The translations under genes were made by a program, and so were the position numbers. This document shows positions 30,142-40,900 of a DNA stretch of 64,000 bases, one piece after another; position 1 is the stretch's first letter, and each line of letters opens with the position of its first letter. The notes below the pieces were generated by a model. That model saw only the letters and a program-made list of their open reading frames with translations. It had not been told where the DNA came from and did no database searches. This DNA is from Candidatus Latescibacterota bacterium (lineage in GTDB: Bacteria > Latescibacterota > UBA2968 > SICM01): positions 3,392,001-3,456,000 of the forward strand of contig CBDCJO010000002.1 in NCBI GenBank assembly GCA_965217865.1. Direction: 5' to 3'.

Positions 30142-32498
30142 ATGAACCTTTTCAGACGAACTCCGAACTCCGCCATCGGCATCTCCGTGGACGGCCTGAC
30201 GGTCAAGGCCGCACATCTCCGCCGTGAGGGCGATCAGGTGGTCCTGGTCGATGTTAAGACTTCCAGGCTGAAGACCCGGTTCGACGTGGAAGGGGAAGCC
30301 GAGGGAGAGGCTGTTGAGCCTGCCGAGGAGGATGTCCTCGGATTGGCGCCGGTCCTGGATGTCCAGGAACCTGCGGCGGAACCGGAAATGCTTGAGGGTG
30401 GGGAAGGAGGAGAGGAGACCAATACCAGCGCTCTCTACGATCTCCTTACCGGTTTTCCGGTCGGTGAGAGCACGGTGGCAATCTGCCTGACAGAGACAAG
30501 CCTTGCCTTGCACGAGCTCCATGGGCTCGAAGAACTAAAAGGGAAACAACTCTGGAAATCGGTCATGGACCAGGTGTCGGCGGCAAAAGGGGGAATCTCT
30601 CCCACCGAAGATCAGATCGACTTCATCAGGACCGGGACGGGCGCCGTGGCGCTGGTTCACGAAGATCGTATGGAGCTCCTGGCCCTTTTGGACGACCTCC
30701 GTCCCTTCTTCGGCACAGTCCGGGTGGGTTTGATCGACGCGAATGAGATCTCCCTGATGAACCTGGTCCGCCGAACCGCACCGAATGACACCCAGGTGAC
30801 CGCGATCGTCTACATCGGAGAGGAGTTCAGCAGGGCCATCTTCATGCGCGGTTCCGATTACCTCGGCCTGACCCAGGTGATCAATGAAGGCGTGAATTCG
30901 TCTCAGGTATTGAACACACTGTTCAGCAGGATCCTGTTCGAGCAGGACACCTCCCATCTCCCGGAGATCGACCGCATTCTCCTGGCTGGTGGGGGGGGTG
31001 CGGTGGATGCAAAGCCCTTTTTCGAGGGACAATTTCCGGATGCCGAAGTGGATTATCTGATTCCATCCGGTGTGGATCTGAATCTGCTCGACGATCAGAA
31101 GAGAGAACAGGTTTCGGAATATGACATCCCTATCGGGCTGGCCTGGAAGGTGCTCGACCCCAAGACGGACCGGTTTTACGGCACGAATTTTCTTCCCAAG
31201 GAACGCAGGCGGCTTCAAAATCCATTTGAAATCGCATGGCACGGTTTGGTCCTGATTAGCCTGATCGCCGGAACCGTCCTGTACTTCGGCTTGAGATTAT
31301 TGGAGCAGGACCGATCCGTAGATGCCCTCAGGCATAGAATCAGCATGAAGGAGCAACAGATCCAGGAGAACAGTCGTTTCGTCAGTTTGGTCGACAGCCT
31401 TCAGGATCAGGTCTTCCGGTACAAGCAGAACCTGTCCGTCACGGACAGTCTGTCAAGCCGTTTTCGGGCATGGGCCCCGCTCCTGAACGATCTCAACGAA
31501 CAGACCCGGGATATCAACTCCTTTTGGATCACAGGATTATCCGAAGGGAAAGAGAGTTTGACCATCATCGGGCAATCGATCTACCGGGACCGTATTCCCG
31601 CGGTCGCCGGGATGATCGAAGGCGCCGAAGTGCGTACCATTACGCGGTCCCAGATTCGCAACAAGGGTCTCTATGAATTCGAGATGGAGGTGAAGTCCTT
31701 CAAACCTCTGTCCGATGTGGAGGGGGTGCCAGCCGTATCAACGGTCGATACGATCGATGCGGGAGAAGAGGGCGATGGACCGGCGACGATAGACCCTGAA
31801 CCGAAGGGGGGGTTCTCCGGGATACAGAACCTGGGAGAAAACCGAGATGGGAAATCGGTGATGGTCCATTCGGAGATCGTCCCGGACTCAAATCCAACGG
31901 ATCTTCATGAAAACGGGCAGGAGGACCGGTACGTCGTTCACGTGGGGATTTTTTCAGACGTGAAGGCCGCCGACCGCCGGGCGGTCCGGCTTTTCCAGAA
32001 GGGTTATCCCGCATCCGTGAGCATCGGGGAACCGACACCCGTCGGGTGGGCGAGCGATTGAGACAGGAAGAGGGGTTCGATTTCTGGGTATACAAGTGGC
32101 GCGATTCGCTGGAGGGAGAACACCGAGATGGCGAATCGGGTATGGTCCAATCGGAGATCGTCCCGGACCCAAATCAAACGGATCCCTCTGAAAACACCCT
32201 TGGCGAGGACCGGTTCGTCGTTCACGTGGGGATTTTTTCAGATGTGAAGGCCGCCGACCGCCGGGCGGTCCGGCTTTTCCAGAAGGGTTATCCCGCATCC
32301 GTAAACATCGGAGGACCGACCCGATGGGGCCGTTATGGCGTAACTGTGGGAGCGTATCAATCGATTCAGGAAACCCGTCGGGTGGGCGATAGATTGAGAC
32401 AGGAAGAGGGGCTCAATTTCTGGATATACAAATGGCGGGGAAGGCAGAAACCGGGAGTGGGGGCCCGGGAGTCAGGCGATAATTCTTTCGGCACCTGA
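30142..32498 (+). pseudogene. pilM: PilM-PilN fusion with two C-terminal SPOR domains; frameshifted by a 52-bp deletion in SPOR 1
   Basis: IGISVDG, IVYIGEEFSR, RILLAGGG, IGLAWK (PilM); TNFLP + TM + coiled coil + FWITGL (PilN); YVVHVGIFSD..AA.R....L..KGYPA (SPOR) twice. Confidence 0.8.
31834..32437 (+). repeat. Tandem ~0.3 kb duplication encoding linker + SPOR domain
   Basis: Long identical stretches (cgtcgttcacgtggggattttttcaga; gccgccgaccgccgggcggtccggcttttccagaagggttatcccgcatccgt) at ~31.93 and ~32.22 kb. Confidence 0.93.
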
Positions 32499-32530
32499 CA
32501 ACCGAAACCTGTGATTTCGGAGGTTTTTCG

Positions 32531-33074
32531 GTGCGTTACGCGATGTGGAACTCCCTCATCCTGGGGGTTCTCTGGATCCTGGTCGTCATCATCGGGTTTT
32601 TGTATGAGCGTCACAGGTCCAAGTAACTCGTGCGTTTGAAGCATCAGGACCGGCAGACGACGGCCAAGTTGAGTGAAATTTCGGCCTATCTGGCGATTTA
32701 TGACGGTGTGAAGGAGACGCTTGCCCGTCTCCAGGAGCGGTGGCAGAACCGCTCGAGGTTCCTCATGACCGAAGACAGTCCGGGACAAACCTTCAGTTAC
32801 CTGAACGAAATCCTGGATTTTCCCGAGGCCTCGATCACGTTCGACTTCACCTTCCTGGGCCGAGTCGACTCGACGAAGTACAGCCAGAATTCTTACGCCC
32901 TCACCGGCGAAGGTGATTTTCGAAACCTTTACAACTTCATATGGTACATCGAACAGGGCCAGCCTTTTTACGCGATCTCCGATTTGGAGATCCAGGGAGA
33001 CGCGGGGCTGCGGCCACCCGACGAGGGGGATTCCCGAAAAGATCGTGATGGATGTCCCACTTGAAGATCGGTGA
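32531..33074 (+). pseudogene. pilO: PilO-like protein with an in-frame TAA (32624-32626) and probable 3' lesion
   Basis: GGAGGT RBS, GTG, TM helix, RSK*LVRLK in frame, GEGDFRNLYNFIWYIE PilO motif; an alternative frame ends GIPEKIVMDVPLEDR*. Confidence 0.75.
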
Positions 33075-33270
33075 AGGATGTAGGACGTCAGACGGCAAAA
33101 GGCAGTAGCAGGTGGCAGTGGCAGGCAAAACAAGGAAGGGGCCGGAGGTCGGAGGTCAGAAGTCAGGAGGAATTGAAGATTGAAGATTGACGAATGAAAA
33201 TTGAAAAGATCCATCAAGAAGCTCTTTATTTCTTCAAATCTTCAATTTCCCGATATTCAATATTCAATGA
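33075..33270. repeat. Composite multi-module repeat element (shares modules with 52399-52567)
   Basis: gcagtagcaggtggcagtggcagg; ggaggtcggaggtcagaagtcagg; (attgaag)n ... cgatattcaatattcaatg. Confidence 0.85.
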
Positions 33271-33292
33271 AGTTGGGATTCCCAGAGGTTCC

Positions 33293-34502
33293 ATGAATCT
33301 GATCGTCATGATCATAACGATCGGCCTTTCCCTGACGGCGTCCATCGCAGGGGCACAGCAGGTCCGGCCGACACAGGGGGGACCGGTGCGAGTGCCCCAG
33401 GACCTTATCACCATTACTAGCGATACCCCCTTTGACCAGGCCCTGATTCATGATTCAGCAGGCAAGCGGGCTGGTCATCGTCGATCCCAAGGAACGGAAA
33501 GACCCGATCGGCCTTGAGGTCGACCGGCTTCCCTGGCGTCTTGCCATGCAGTTGATTGCGAGCACTCACAATCTCGAGATCGTTAAGGGGCCGGGATATT
33601 ACATGCTCGAGGGGGATGGAGAATCGGCAGCCAGGCCGGGTGTCGCAGGAGAAGAGATCGGAGCCGAAAAGATCGATGCCGACACCAGAGAGGTGAATAT
33701 CGCGACGGTCTTTTTTGAGGCGGACCGCTCGACGCTTCGTGAGCTGGGCGTCAACTGGAGCAGTCTGAAGGCCGGCAGGGTGGACGTGAATGCCTCCGGC
33801 CGTGCAGCGGATCTTGTCTCATCCCCGCTGGTCACCATCCGGGCGACCGGCAACCTCTCTCGCAACCTGAGCGTGGACGCCCTTCTGAAGGCTTTGGAGT
33901 CGCGGAACGTCGGAGAGGTGATCGCGAACCCTCAGGTCAAGGTGATCGGGGGGAAGCAGGGTCGAATCCAGGTCGGACAGGATTTCACGGTATTCACGAG
34001 GGACTTCGCGGGAAATGCCCTGACGGATTTCATCAGCACGGGGACGATTCTGCAGGTTGTGCCCCGGATCGTCGTCCAGGATTCCGTCGAGTTCGTTCAC
34101 CTGACCGTGGAGGCCGAGCGGAGCACCCTGATCGATCCGGTGAACACGGTCATCAACAAGACCCAGGCGAGAACCGAAGCTTTACTCTACGACGGAGAAG
34201 AGACCGCGATCGCCGGGCTCTATGTCAACGAGGTTCTGAATGTCCGAAGCGGTGTTCCCGTGTTGAAAGAACTCCCGACGTGGTTTTTCGGCCTTCGATA
34301 CTTGTTCGGGTACGATCGGCGATTGATCAGCAAGAAGGAGCTTGTCGTGCTGTTGAAGGTCAACATCGTTCCGAGCATTCGGAGCCGTTTGAAGGAAAAG
34401 GCCGAACCCAAAAGGGGGATGGACCTGATCAAGGAGAAATCGCAGGCGTTCGAGGAGTTGATCCGGGTGCGGGAGGAGCTGGAGGAGAAGGCCCAGGAGT
34501 AA
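33293..34502 (+). pseudogene. pilQ: Compact secretin (PilQ/GspD family), frameshifted at ~33443-33456
   Basis: Signal peptide ORF from ATG 33293 shifts at ctgattcatgattcag into REVNIATVFFE, LGVNW, ANPQVKV, IQVGQD, GETAIAGL-like, SGVPVLKELP...LF, KELVVLLK. Confidence 0.88.
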
Positions 34503-34523
34503 AGATCTTTAAAGGACGATTAA

Positions 34524-35378
34524 GTGCCAACCGAAGCTGAGATCCTGCTTAAAGGTTTCACCGAGGAAGAGCGGTCGGACTTCCTGGGGATGGGGACGGA
34601 TAAACCCTTCTCCGCGAACCAGGTCATCCTGGCCACGGGCCAGGATGAATCGACCATGGGGATCGTGAAGGCTGGGAGGGTCGTGGTCTGGGTGGACCGG
34701 ACCCGGCTGGCCGAGCTGGATTCGGGCAGCACCCTGGGGACGTCCTCCGTGATTGAGCCTCATATTTCGACTGTCGTCATCAGAACCGAGACCGACGGGG
34801 TTATGACGAAGTTCGAGCGACAGAAGGTACTGGACTTCTTCCGCCATCGCCCCGAGCGGCTGTTTCATCAGTTCTGTGTGAATATATACAGTATTTGGGT
34901 CGAGATCCTCGAGGGGCGGAACCGGCGCATCTTCGAGTTGCAGTCCGCCCTGACAGTCCCTGCGTCCAGACAGGATAAACCCAGGGTGCTGATCGTGGAC
35001 GACGAAGACTCCATTAGGGACGCATTTGGAGACCTCCTGGAGGACAGCTATACTATACTTAAGGCAGCATCCGGACAGGAGGCCATTCGGATGACTCACG
35101 AGGATCGTCCGGACATCCTCCTCCTCGACCTCCGTATGCCGGGCACAGACGGATTCCAGGTCCTCCAGCGTCTCAAGGGCGATCCGGTGACATCCCACAT
35201 CCCGATCATGGTGATTACGGCCCTTACGGAGACCTCGAATAAAGTCAAAGGCCTCCTGCACGGAGCGGATGATTACCTCACCAAACCCGTGGATTCGGAT
35301 GACCTGAGGGGGAAACTCGACCAGATTCTCAGGAAATTCCAGATCATCGTGCAGAGCGCCCCGGAGACACCACAGTGA
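34524..35378 (+). CDS. Degenerate cNMP-binding domain fused to a receiver (REC) domain
   Basis: N-half is a paralogue of 23243..23710 (LLKGFTEEER; SSVIEPH; FF...PERLF); C-half has VLIVDDED, LLDLRMP, ITA, GADDYLTKP. Confidence 0.88.
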   Translation: MPTEAEILLKGFTEEERSDFLGMGTDKPFSANQVILATGQDESTMGIVKAGRVVVWVDRTRLAELDSGSTLGTSSVIEPHISTVVIRTETDGVMTKFERQKVLDFFRHRPERLFHQFCVNIYSIWVEILEGRNRRIFELQSALTVPASRQDKPRVLIVDDEDSIRDAFGDLLEDSYTILKAASGQEAIRMTHEDRPDILLLDLRMPGTDGFQVLQRLKGDPVTSHIPIMVITALTETSNKVKGLLHGADDYLTKPVDSDDLRGKLDQILRKFQIIVQSAPETPQ

Positions 35379-36139
35379 AGTTATCGCGGGAACAGGTCCG
35401 ACAGTTTAAAGAAGACGGTGTGATCGTGGTAGAGGACCTGCTGGATCGGGATGAGGTGGAGCGCCTCAAAGCATATGCCGAGGGGGTCGCCCGCGGAGAG
35501 TCGGGGATCATCCCGAAGAAGCTTCTCCAGGTGGAGCCCCGCGTGGCACGGGGGGAAGCCCGGGCGGACTCCGATGCAAACTCCCTCCGCAAGATGGCTC
35601 ATCTCGCCTTCTACGATCCTGTCTTCCTCGACCACGCCCGAAGTCCGAAGATCCTGGACGTCGTCGAGTCCCTCATGGGGCCCGACATCAAGCTCTACCA
35701 GGATCAGCTTTTTATGAAGCCGCCGGGCGTTGGCTCCCGGAAGTCGTATCACCAGGACATGCCTTGTGGTTTCCACATAGATCCTCCTGAGATGGTCACC
35801 TGCTGGGCGGCCTTGGACGATTCGACGGTCCAGAACGGATGTGTTCGAATGATCCCGGGGTCCCATCGGAACGGGATTCTGGACACATCCATCTGGGAGG
35901 CATACGAGAAGAAGGCCCTGGAAGGCCCCTTTCCCGAGGAAAGAGCACTGGAGATGAGGAAGGGGAGCTGTAGTTTTCACCATGGGCTTATACTCCACAG
36001 CAGCCACCCGAACACCTCGGACAAACCGCGCCGCGGCTATGCCACACACTATGTGAGCGCCAGGTGCCTCTACACCGGACCGCAGGAGGAGAACGACACG
36101 CTTCTGATGCGGGGCCGGCCTCACCCGGGTTGTATTTAA
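35375..36139 (+). CDS. Phytanoyl-CoA dioxygenase (PhyH) family protein
   Basis: FMKPPG, YHQD, CWAALDD, GCVRMIPGSH, HHGLILHSS.N.S..PRR. Confidence 0.93.
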   Translation: MKLSREQVRQFKEDGVIVVEDLLDRDEVERLKAYAEGVARGESGIIPKKLLQVEPRVARGEARADSDANSLRKMAHLAFYDPVFLDHARSPKILDVVESLMGPDIKLYQDQLFMKPPGVGSRKSYHQDMPCGFHIDPPEMVTCWAALDDSTVQNGCVRMIPGSHRNGILDTSIWEAYEKKALEGPFPEERALEMRKGSCSFHHGLILHSSHPNTSDKPRRGYATHYVSARCLYTGPQEENDTLLMRGRPHPGCI

Positions 36140-36170
36140 TCAATCCCTTTTCCCAGACCATCCGATCGCT

Positions 36171-36953
36171 TTGAAGCCCCCTGCCCTTATCCTCAGGACT
36201 GCCGGAACAAACTGCGATTACGAGACGGGTTTCGCCTTCGAGTTGGCGGGCGCAGAGATCGATCTGGTCCACGTAAACGCGCTCAGGTCGGGTGATCGGA
36301 AATTGATGGATTATCGGATCCTCGCCTTGCCCGGGGGATTCAGTTACGGTGACGATGTGGCCGCGGGGCGGATTCTGGGGAACGAACTGAAGCATAAATT
36401 GATGGACCCGTTATGTCGATTCATCGAAGCCGGCCGGCCGGTGATCGGCATTTGCAACGGGTTTCAGGTGCTCGTAAACGCCGGACTTCTGCCGGGATTG
36501 GACGGACCCCCGAATGACCGGGCGGCCACGCTGACGAACAACGACTCCGGGAAATTTGAGGACCGCTGGACGATCCTGGGAGCCGATCCGCAAAGCCCCT
36601 GCGTATTCACGGAAGGGATTGATGAACCGATTACGCTCCCGGTGGCCCACGGCGAGGGAAAATTCGTGACGAAGGACCAGGAGACTCTGAATCGGATGCG
36701 GGCCAATGGGCAGGTGGCCTTGCGTTATCTGGTCCCCGAAGGCGAGCGGGATTATCCGTGGGATCCGAACGGATCAATGGATCATGTGGCGGGGATCTGT
36801 GACCCGAGCGGACAGGTTTTCGGCCTGATGCCCCATCCTGAGCGGCACTGCCTGCCCACCCAGCATCCACGCTGGACACGAGAGGGACTCAAATCCCGGG
36901 GGGACGGGCTGATGATCTTTGAAAATGGAGTGAGGTATGCCAGAGACGTGTGA
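36171..36953 (+). CDS. purQ: FGAM synthase glutaminase subunit
   Basis: AGTNCD.ET, PGGFSYGD, GICNGFQVL, AHGEGK, PNGS, GLMPHPER. Confidence 0.97.
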   Translation: MKPPALILRTAGTNCDYETGFAFELAGAEIDLVHVNALRSGDRKLMDYRILALPGGFSYGDDVAAGRILGNELKHKLMDPLCRFIEAGRPVIGICNGFQVLVNAGLLPGLDGPPNDRAATLTNNDSGKFEDRWTILGADPQSPCVFTEGIDEPITLPVAHGEGKFVTKDQETLNRMRANGQVALRYLVPEGERDYPWDPNGSMDHVAGICDPSGQVFGLMPHPERHCLPTQHPRWTREGLKSRGDGLMIFENGVRYARDV

Positions 36954-37920
36954 GACATCCAGAAATCGGGAAACGGGGATCCTCGCCCTCGCGCTGGCCT
37001 GCCTTTTTTCCGTAACCCCCGCCTTCTCCGACAGCACCTCAACCCTTAAAAAATCACGAAGCCCACTTTTCCGTTTCGTCATGGCGTTTGGTAGTCCCGG
37101 GGTTGGTTCGGGGCAGTTGAACAATCCGTCAGGGATTGCAGTGGATCAGATGGGAAACATCTATGTCGCCGACACGGATAACGATCGAATTCAGAGGTTC
37201 AGCCCCCGGGGGATCTTTCTCGATCAGGTTGGGGGGTTCGGAAGGAGAGATGGCCAGTTCAATCGGCCGGTAGGCGTTGCGGCTGGGTTCGGCCTGGAAA
37301 TCTTCGTGGCGGACAGCCGAAATCGTCGCATCTCTTTGTTTACGAACAACCTGCGTTTTGCTGGAACCTTTGGCGGGGAGGATGCCGGGCCACCCGGACT
37401 TGAGTTCGGTTTTTTAGGCGGCGTGGCCGTTTCCCGGACAGGTCAAGTCTATGTGAGTGATGTGGAGAAAAGCGAAGTGGTCAGGATCACACACTTCGAC
37501 CGGGTCGACCGAGGTTTCGGAGGGATCGGGTACGGTGGAGGGGAGTTATCCAGACCCGCGGGGTTGGCGATTTCGGAGGATGGAAAGGTCTATGTCGCCG
37601 ATCAGGGAAACGACCGGATGGTGGCCTTCGATGCCTTCGGAGGGCTTGTCGCGACCTTCGGAGAAGCCGAATTGAAGTCCCCGTCCGGGGTGGCGGTCGG
37701 TCCGAACGGCACCGTGGTCGTGGCAGACACCGGGCACAACCGGATCGTCTTTTTCGGGCGGCGGCATTATCAGGTGATCGGTCAGATGGGCCGGTTTGGA
37801 GACGGTCCGATGGGATATGATGCCCCGATGGACGTGTCGGTCGACCTGGACGGTTTCCTGTATGTGCTCGACAGCAAGAATGCAAGGGTAAATAAGTTCC
37901 AGATGCGATGGCCGGAATAG
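36937..37920 (+). CDS. Secreted NHL-repeat (beta-propeller) protein
   Basis: Signal peptide; repeated P.GIAVD..G.IYVAD..N.RI. Confidence 0.92.
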   Translation: MPETCETSRNRETGILALALACLFSVTPAFSDSTSTLKKSRSPLFRFVMAFGSPGVGSGQLNNPSGIAVDQMGNIYVADTDNDRIQRFSPRGIFLDQVGGFGRRDGQFNRPVGVAAGFGLEIFVADSRNRRISLFTNNLRFAGTFGGEDAGPPGLEFGFLGGVAVSRTGQVYVSDVEKSEVVRITHFDRVDRGFGGIGYGGGELSRPAGLAISEDGKVYVADQGNDRMVAFDAFGGLVATFGEAELKSPSGVAVGPNGTVVVADTGHNRIVFFGRRHYQVIGQMGRFGDGPMGYDAPMDVSVDLDGFLYVLDSKNARVNKFQMRWPE

Positions 37921-37950
37921 CCGGGGTTGTCGTGTAAGGGCGAAGGCCAT

Positions 37951-40900
37951 ATGCTGTTAAAAGGGGAAAAAAGAAATTGCAGCCTGAAAAGCGAGGATTA
38001 TAGAACAGCCAACCGAAGGACTAGGTTTTTTTTAATTTTCACTTTTCATTTTGCGATTTTTATTTTGAGTTCGGTTCTCTTCCCGCTCAACCTGGATGCG
38101 CGAAAGACCTACACAATGTTCGATGCGGAGGTTGAGGTGATGGCCGATGGGAGCAGGGGTCCCTATCGGTTGGGGGGGCATCGGATCGTCAGCCGGAGTG
38201 AAAGGATCCGTGTGGACGGTCGAATCGCAGATAGAGAGGTAGACTATCGGATCGACTACGAGAGGGGAGAGGTCACCTTCGAACAGGGCGTTACACGCGG
38301 TAAGATGGTCCACGCCACCTATCGATACATCCCGATTTTTCTAAAGCCCGTCTATCGTCATCGCAAACCCGCGGCAGGGGATCGTTCAAAAGCCTATTCC
38401 ACGCCGGCCTACGCAGATCCAAAACCCAAGGTTTTCTCACATCTCCCCGGGAGGCCGCCCGACGAATCGGATCTCACGGTCGGGGGAAGCAAGATGTTTC
38501 GGCTGTCCGTCGGGTCCGATCAGGATGCCACCCTCAACCAGAGCCTGCGGCTCAATCTATCGGGAAGGATCGGAGAAGATGTCCAGATCACGGGTATCCT
38601 GTCGGACCGGAATCTTCCGATTCAGCCGGAAGGCAACACCCGGACACTCGCGGACCTGGATCAGATCCTGCTCCGCATTCAGGCCCCCAATCTTTCCGCA
38701 GGGCTCGGGGATATGGACGTGAGTCTCACCGAGACGGAGTTCGTTCGGTACGAACGTCGCATCAAGGGGGTTACCGGAGATGTCTCCCTTCCTTCCGGTC
38801 GGCTTATGGTCTTTGGTGCTTCGAGCCCGGGAACCTTTCTCACACGTGAAATTTCGGGGGCCGACGGGGTTCAGGGCCCTTATTTGGTGAACCCGGGAGA
38901 TCGCATCCTTGCGGGGTCTGAACGGGTTTTTCTGGACGGGGAGCGGCTGGTAAGGGGCTTTAGCCAGGACTTCGTGATGGACTACGACGCGGGGACCATT
39001 ACGTTCACGCCCCGCAGACCCATTAGCACAGATTCCCGGATCGTGATCGAAGCACAACGTGCGGACGGATCTTACGGAAGACGCATCGTGGGCGGCCGCG
39101 GGCGGGTTGCGCTTCTGGACGGCCGGTTATCCGTGGGCGCCACGGCGGTCCAGGAGAAGGACCTCCTGGATCCCGGTCCCACGACCCCGTATTCCCTTTC
39201 TAAACCACCGGCCGGGCCACTCGAGCCGGATTCGACAGCGGTTTCGCCTTCGCGTCACCGTGTGATCGGTCTGGACATTTCCACTGAACCCGTGCGTAAT
39301 TTGAGCCTGAGAAGCGAAATCGCCGTGAGTGAACTCGATCAGGATCTCTTATCTGACGGTGATCGGTTCGGGCAGGGGGTTGCATTCCTGTCCGATCTGG
39401 CGTTACAGCCGACCCGGGTCGGGCTGCGGGGTCATTGTTTGGGATCCGTCGGTTTTTCGATGAAGCTGCGCTCGGTATCGGATCGTTTTAGATCGTCGGG
39501 GAGAACGCGGGGGGTTGAGGAACACCGAAAGTGGGGAGTCGGACCCGGAGCCTCCGGTGAACGCTCGGGGGAGGTGGGTGGAATCTACCGGTTGACGGAA
39601 AAGTCCGGCATTCGTGTGAGCTACGGACGGGGTCGTTGGGGGGGAGAACGCGGCGTTCGGCACGGCTTTTCTCTGTTCAGTGCCCAGCCCAAACTTCCGG
39701 ATGCCGCCTATGACTTCGAATCGGTACGGCAGGCCTCATCGGGCGGGGAACCCGGCAGGCTGGTGCGACACACGGCAACGTTCGGCAAAGCCCTCCACGG
39801 GATCCGGCCGGCCATCCGGTTCGCGTCAGAGCAAGCGGAGGGAATTGCGGCTCGAAACCTGGCGGTGGGATCTGCCGCGTACCGGGCCCCCTTGGGGGAT
39901 CCTCTTCCATCGTTTCAATCCCTGAGTTCAGGCGTGATCCCTGCGGGATGGCGCTATCGAGAGGTGCGCGGCATCCTTTCGTCGGAACCAAAACCTGGGG
40001 GTCAGCGGATCCTTTCATGGTCCTCCGAATGGCGTCACCGGGCTACAGAACGGCGCCGGAACGGAGCGTGGGCGGACAGCGGATCGGTTTCATCGGAAAG
40101 GCTTCGGCTCACCCTTTCCAGGTGGAATGCCCTGTCACTGGTCGGCGATTACATCCACAGGTCCAGGCAGACCTTCGGGGCTGCACCCACGAGGTCCACG
40201 GATCACCTCACGGAAGGACGACTGGTCTACGCGCCGTTAGATGGGGCGATCTCGAAGGAGATCTTCTACCGGCTCTCGAGCACTCGTCTGGAGAATCGAA
40301 AACGAAACTTCGTACTGGTGGGCAGAGGACACGGAGCGTATACCTGGGTGGATCTGGACAATGACGGTTCCGAGGACGAGGAGGAGTTTGTTCCCGACCC
40401 GGATGGGGACTACAGCCTTTACGTCGAGCGGACGGGGATCGGTGATCCCGTAAGGGACGCCACGTTCAGCGCGCGGCTATCGGTGGATTTTGACGGGTGG
40501 AATAGGGGGTCGGGGGAGGAAAAGTCGAGGATCGCCCCGAAACTGATAGGTGCTTTTTCAACGGAGACGTCTCTGGACGCGGACCGGAGGGTGTTGCCGG
40601 GCGGTGTGGAAGGAGTGGCTCCCTGGCGACTCCGGTCTTTTTCTAGGGGGCCTGACGTCCTGTTCGGCCGGCGCAGCATTCGGCAGGATGCCTATCTTTT
40701 TCGGTATGGCCGGCGGTTCTCGCTCCGTTTTCGATATCGAATCGACGATTCCGTGAACCGCGAGTTTTCCTCGGGTGACTTTCGTTCATCGTCGGAGCGC
40801 TCTTTGCGGATCCGGACACGCATTCGACCCGATATCGACGTTGAGATGGAGGTCTTCAAGCGTGGGCGGAACAATCAGGGAGGGCCAAACCGCACTTATG

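Noticed and set aside
31834-32437. DGR template/variable repeat pair
   Set aside because: Mismatches are not restricted to adenines, both copies are coding, and no reverse transcriptase is present.
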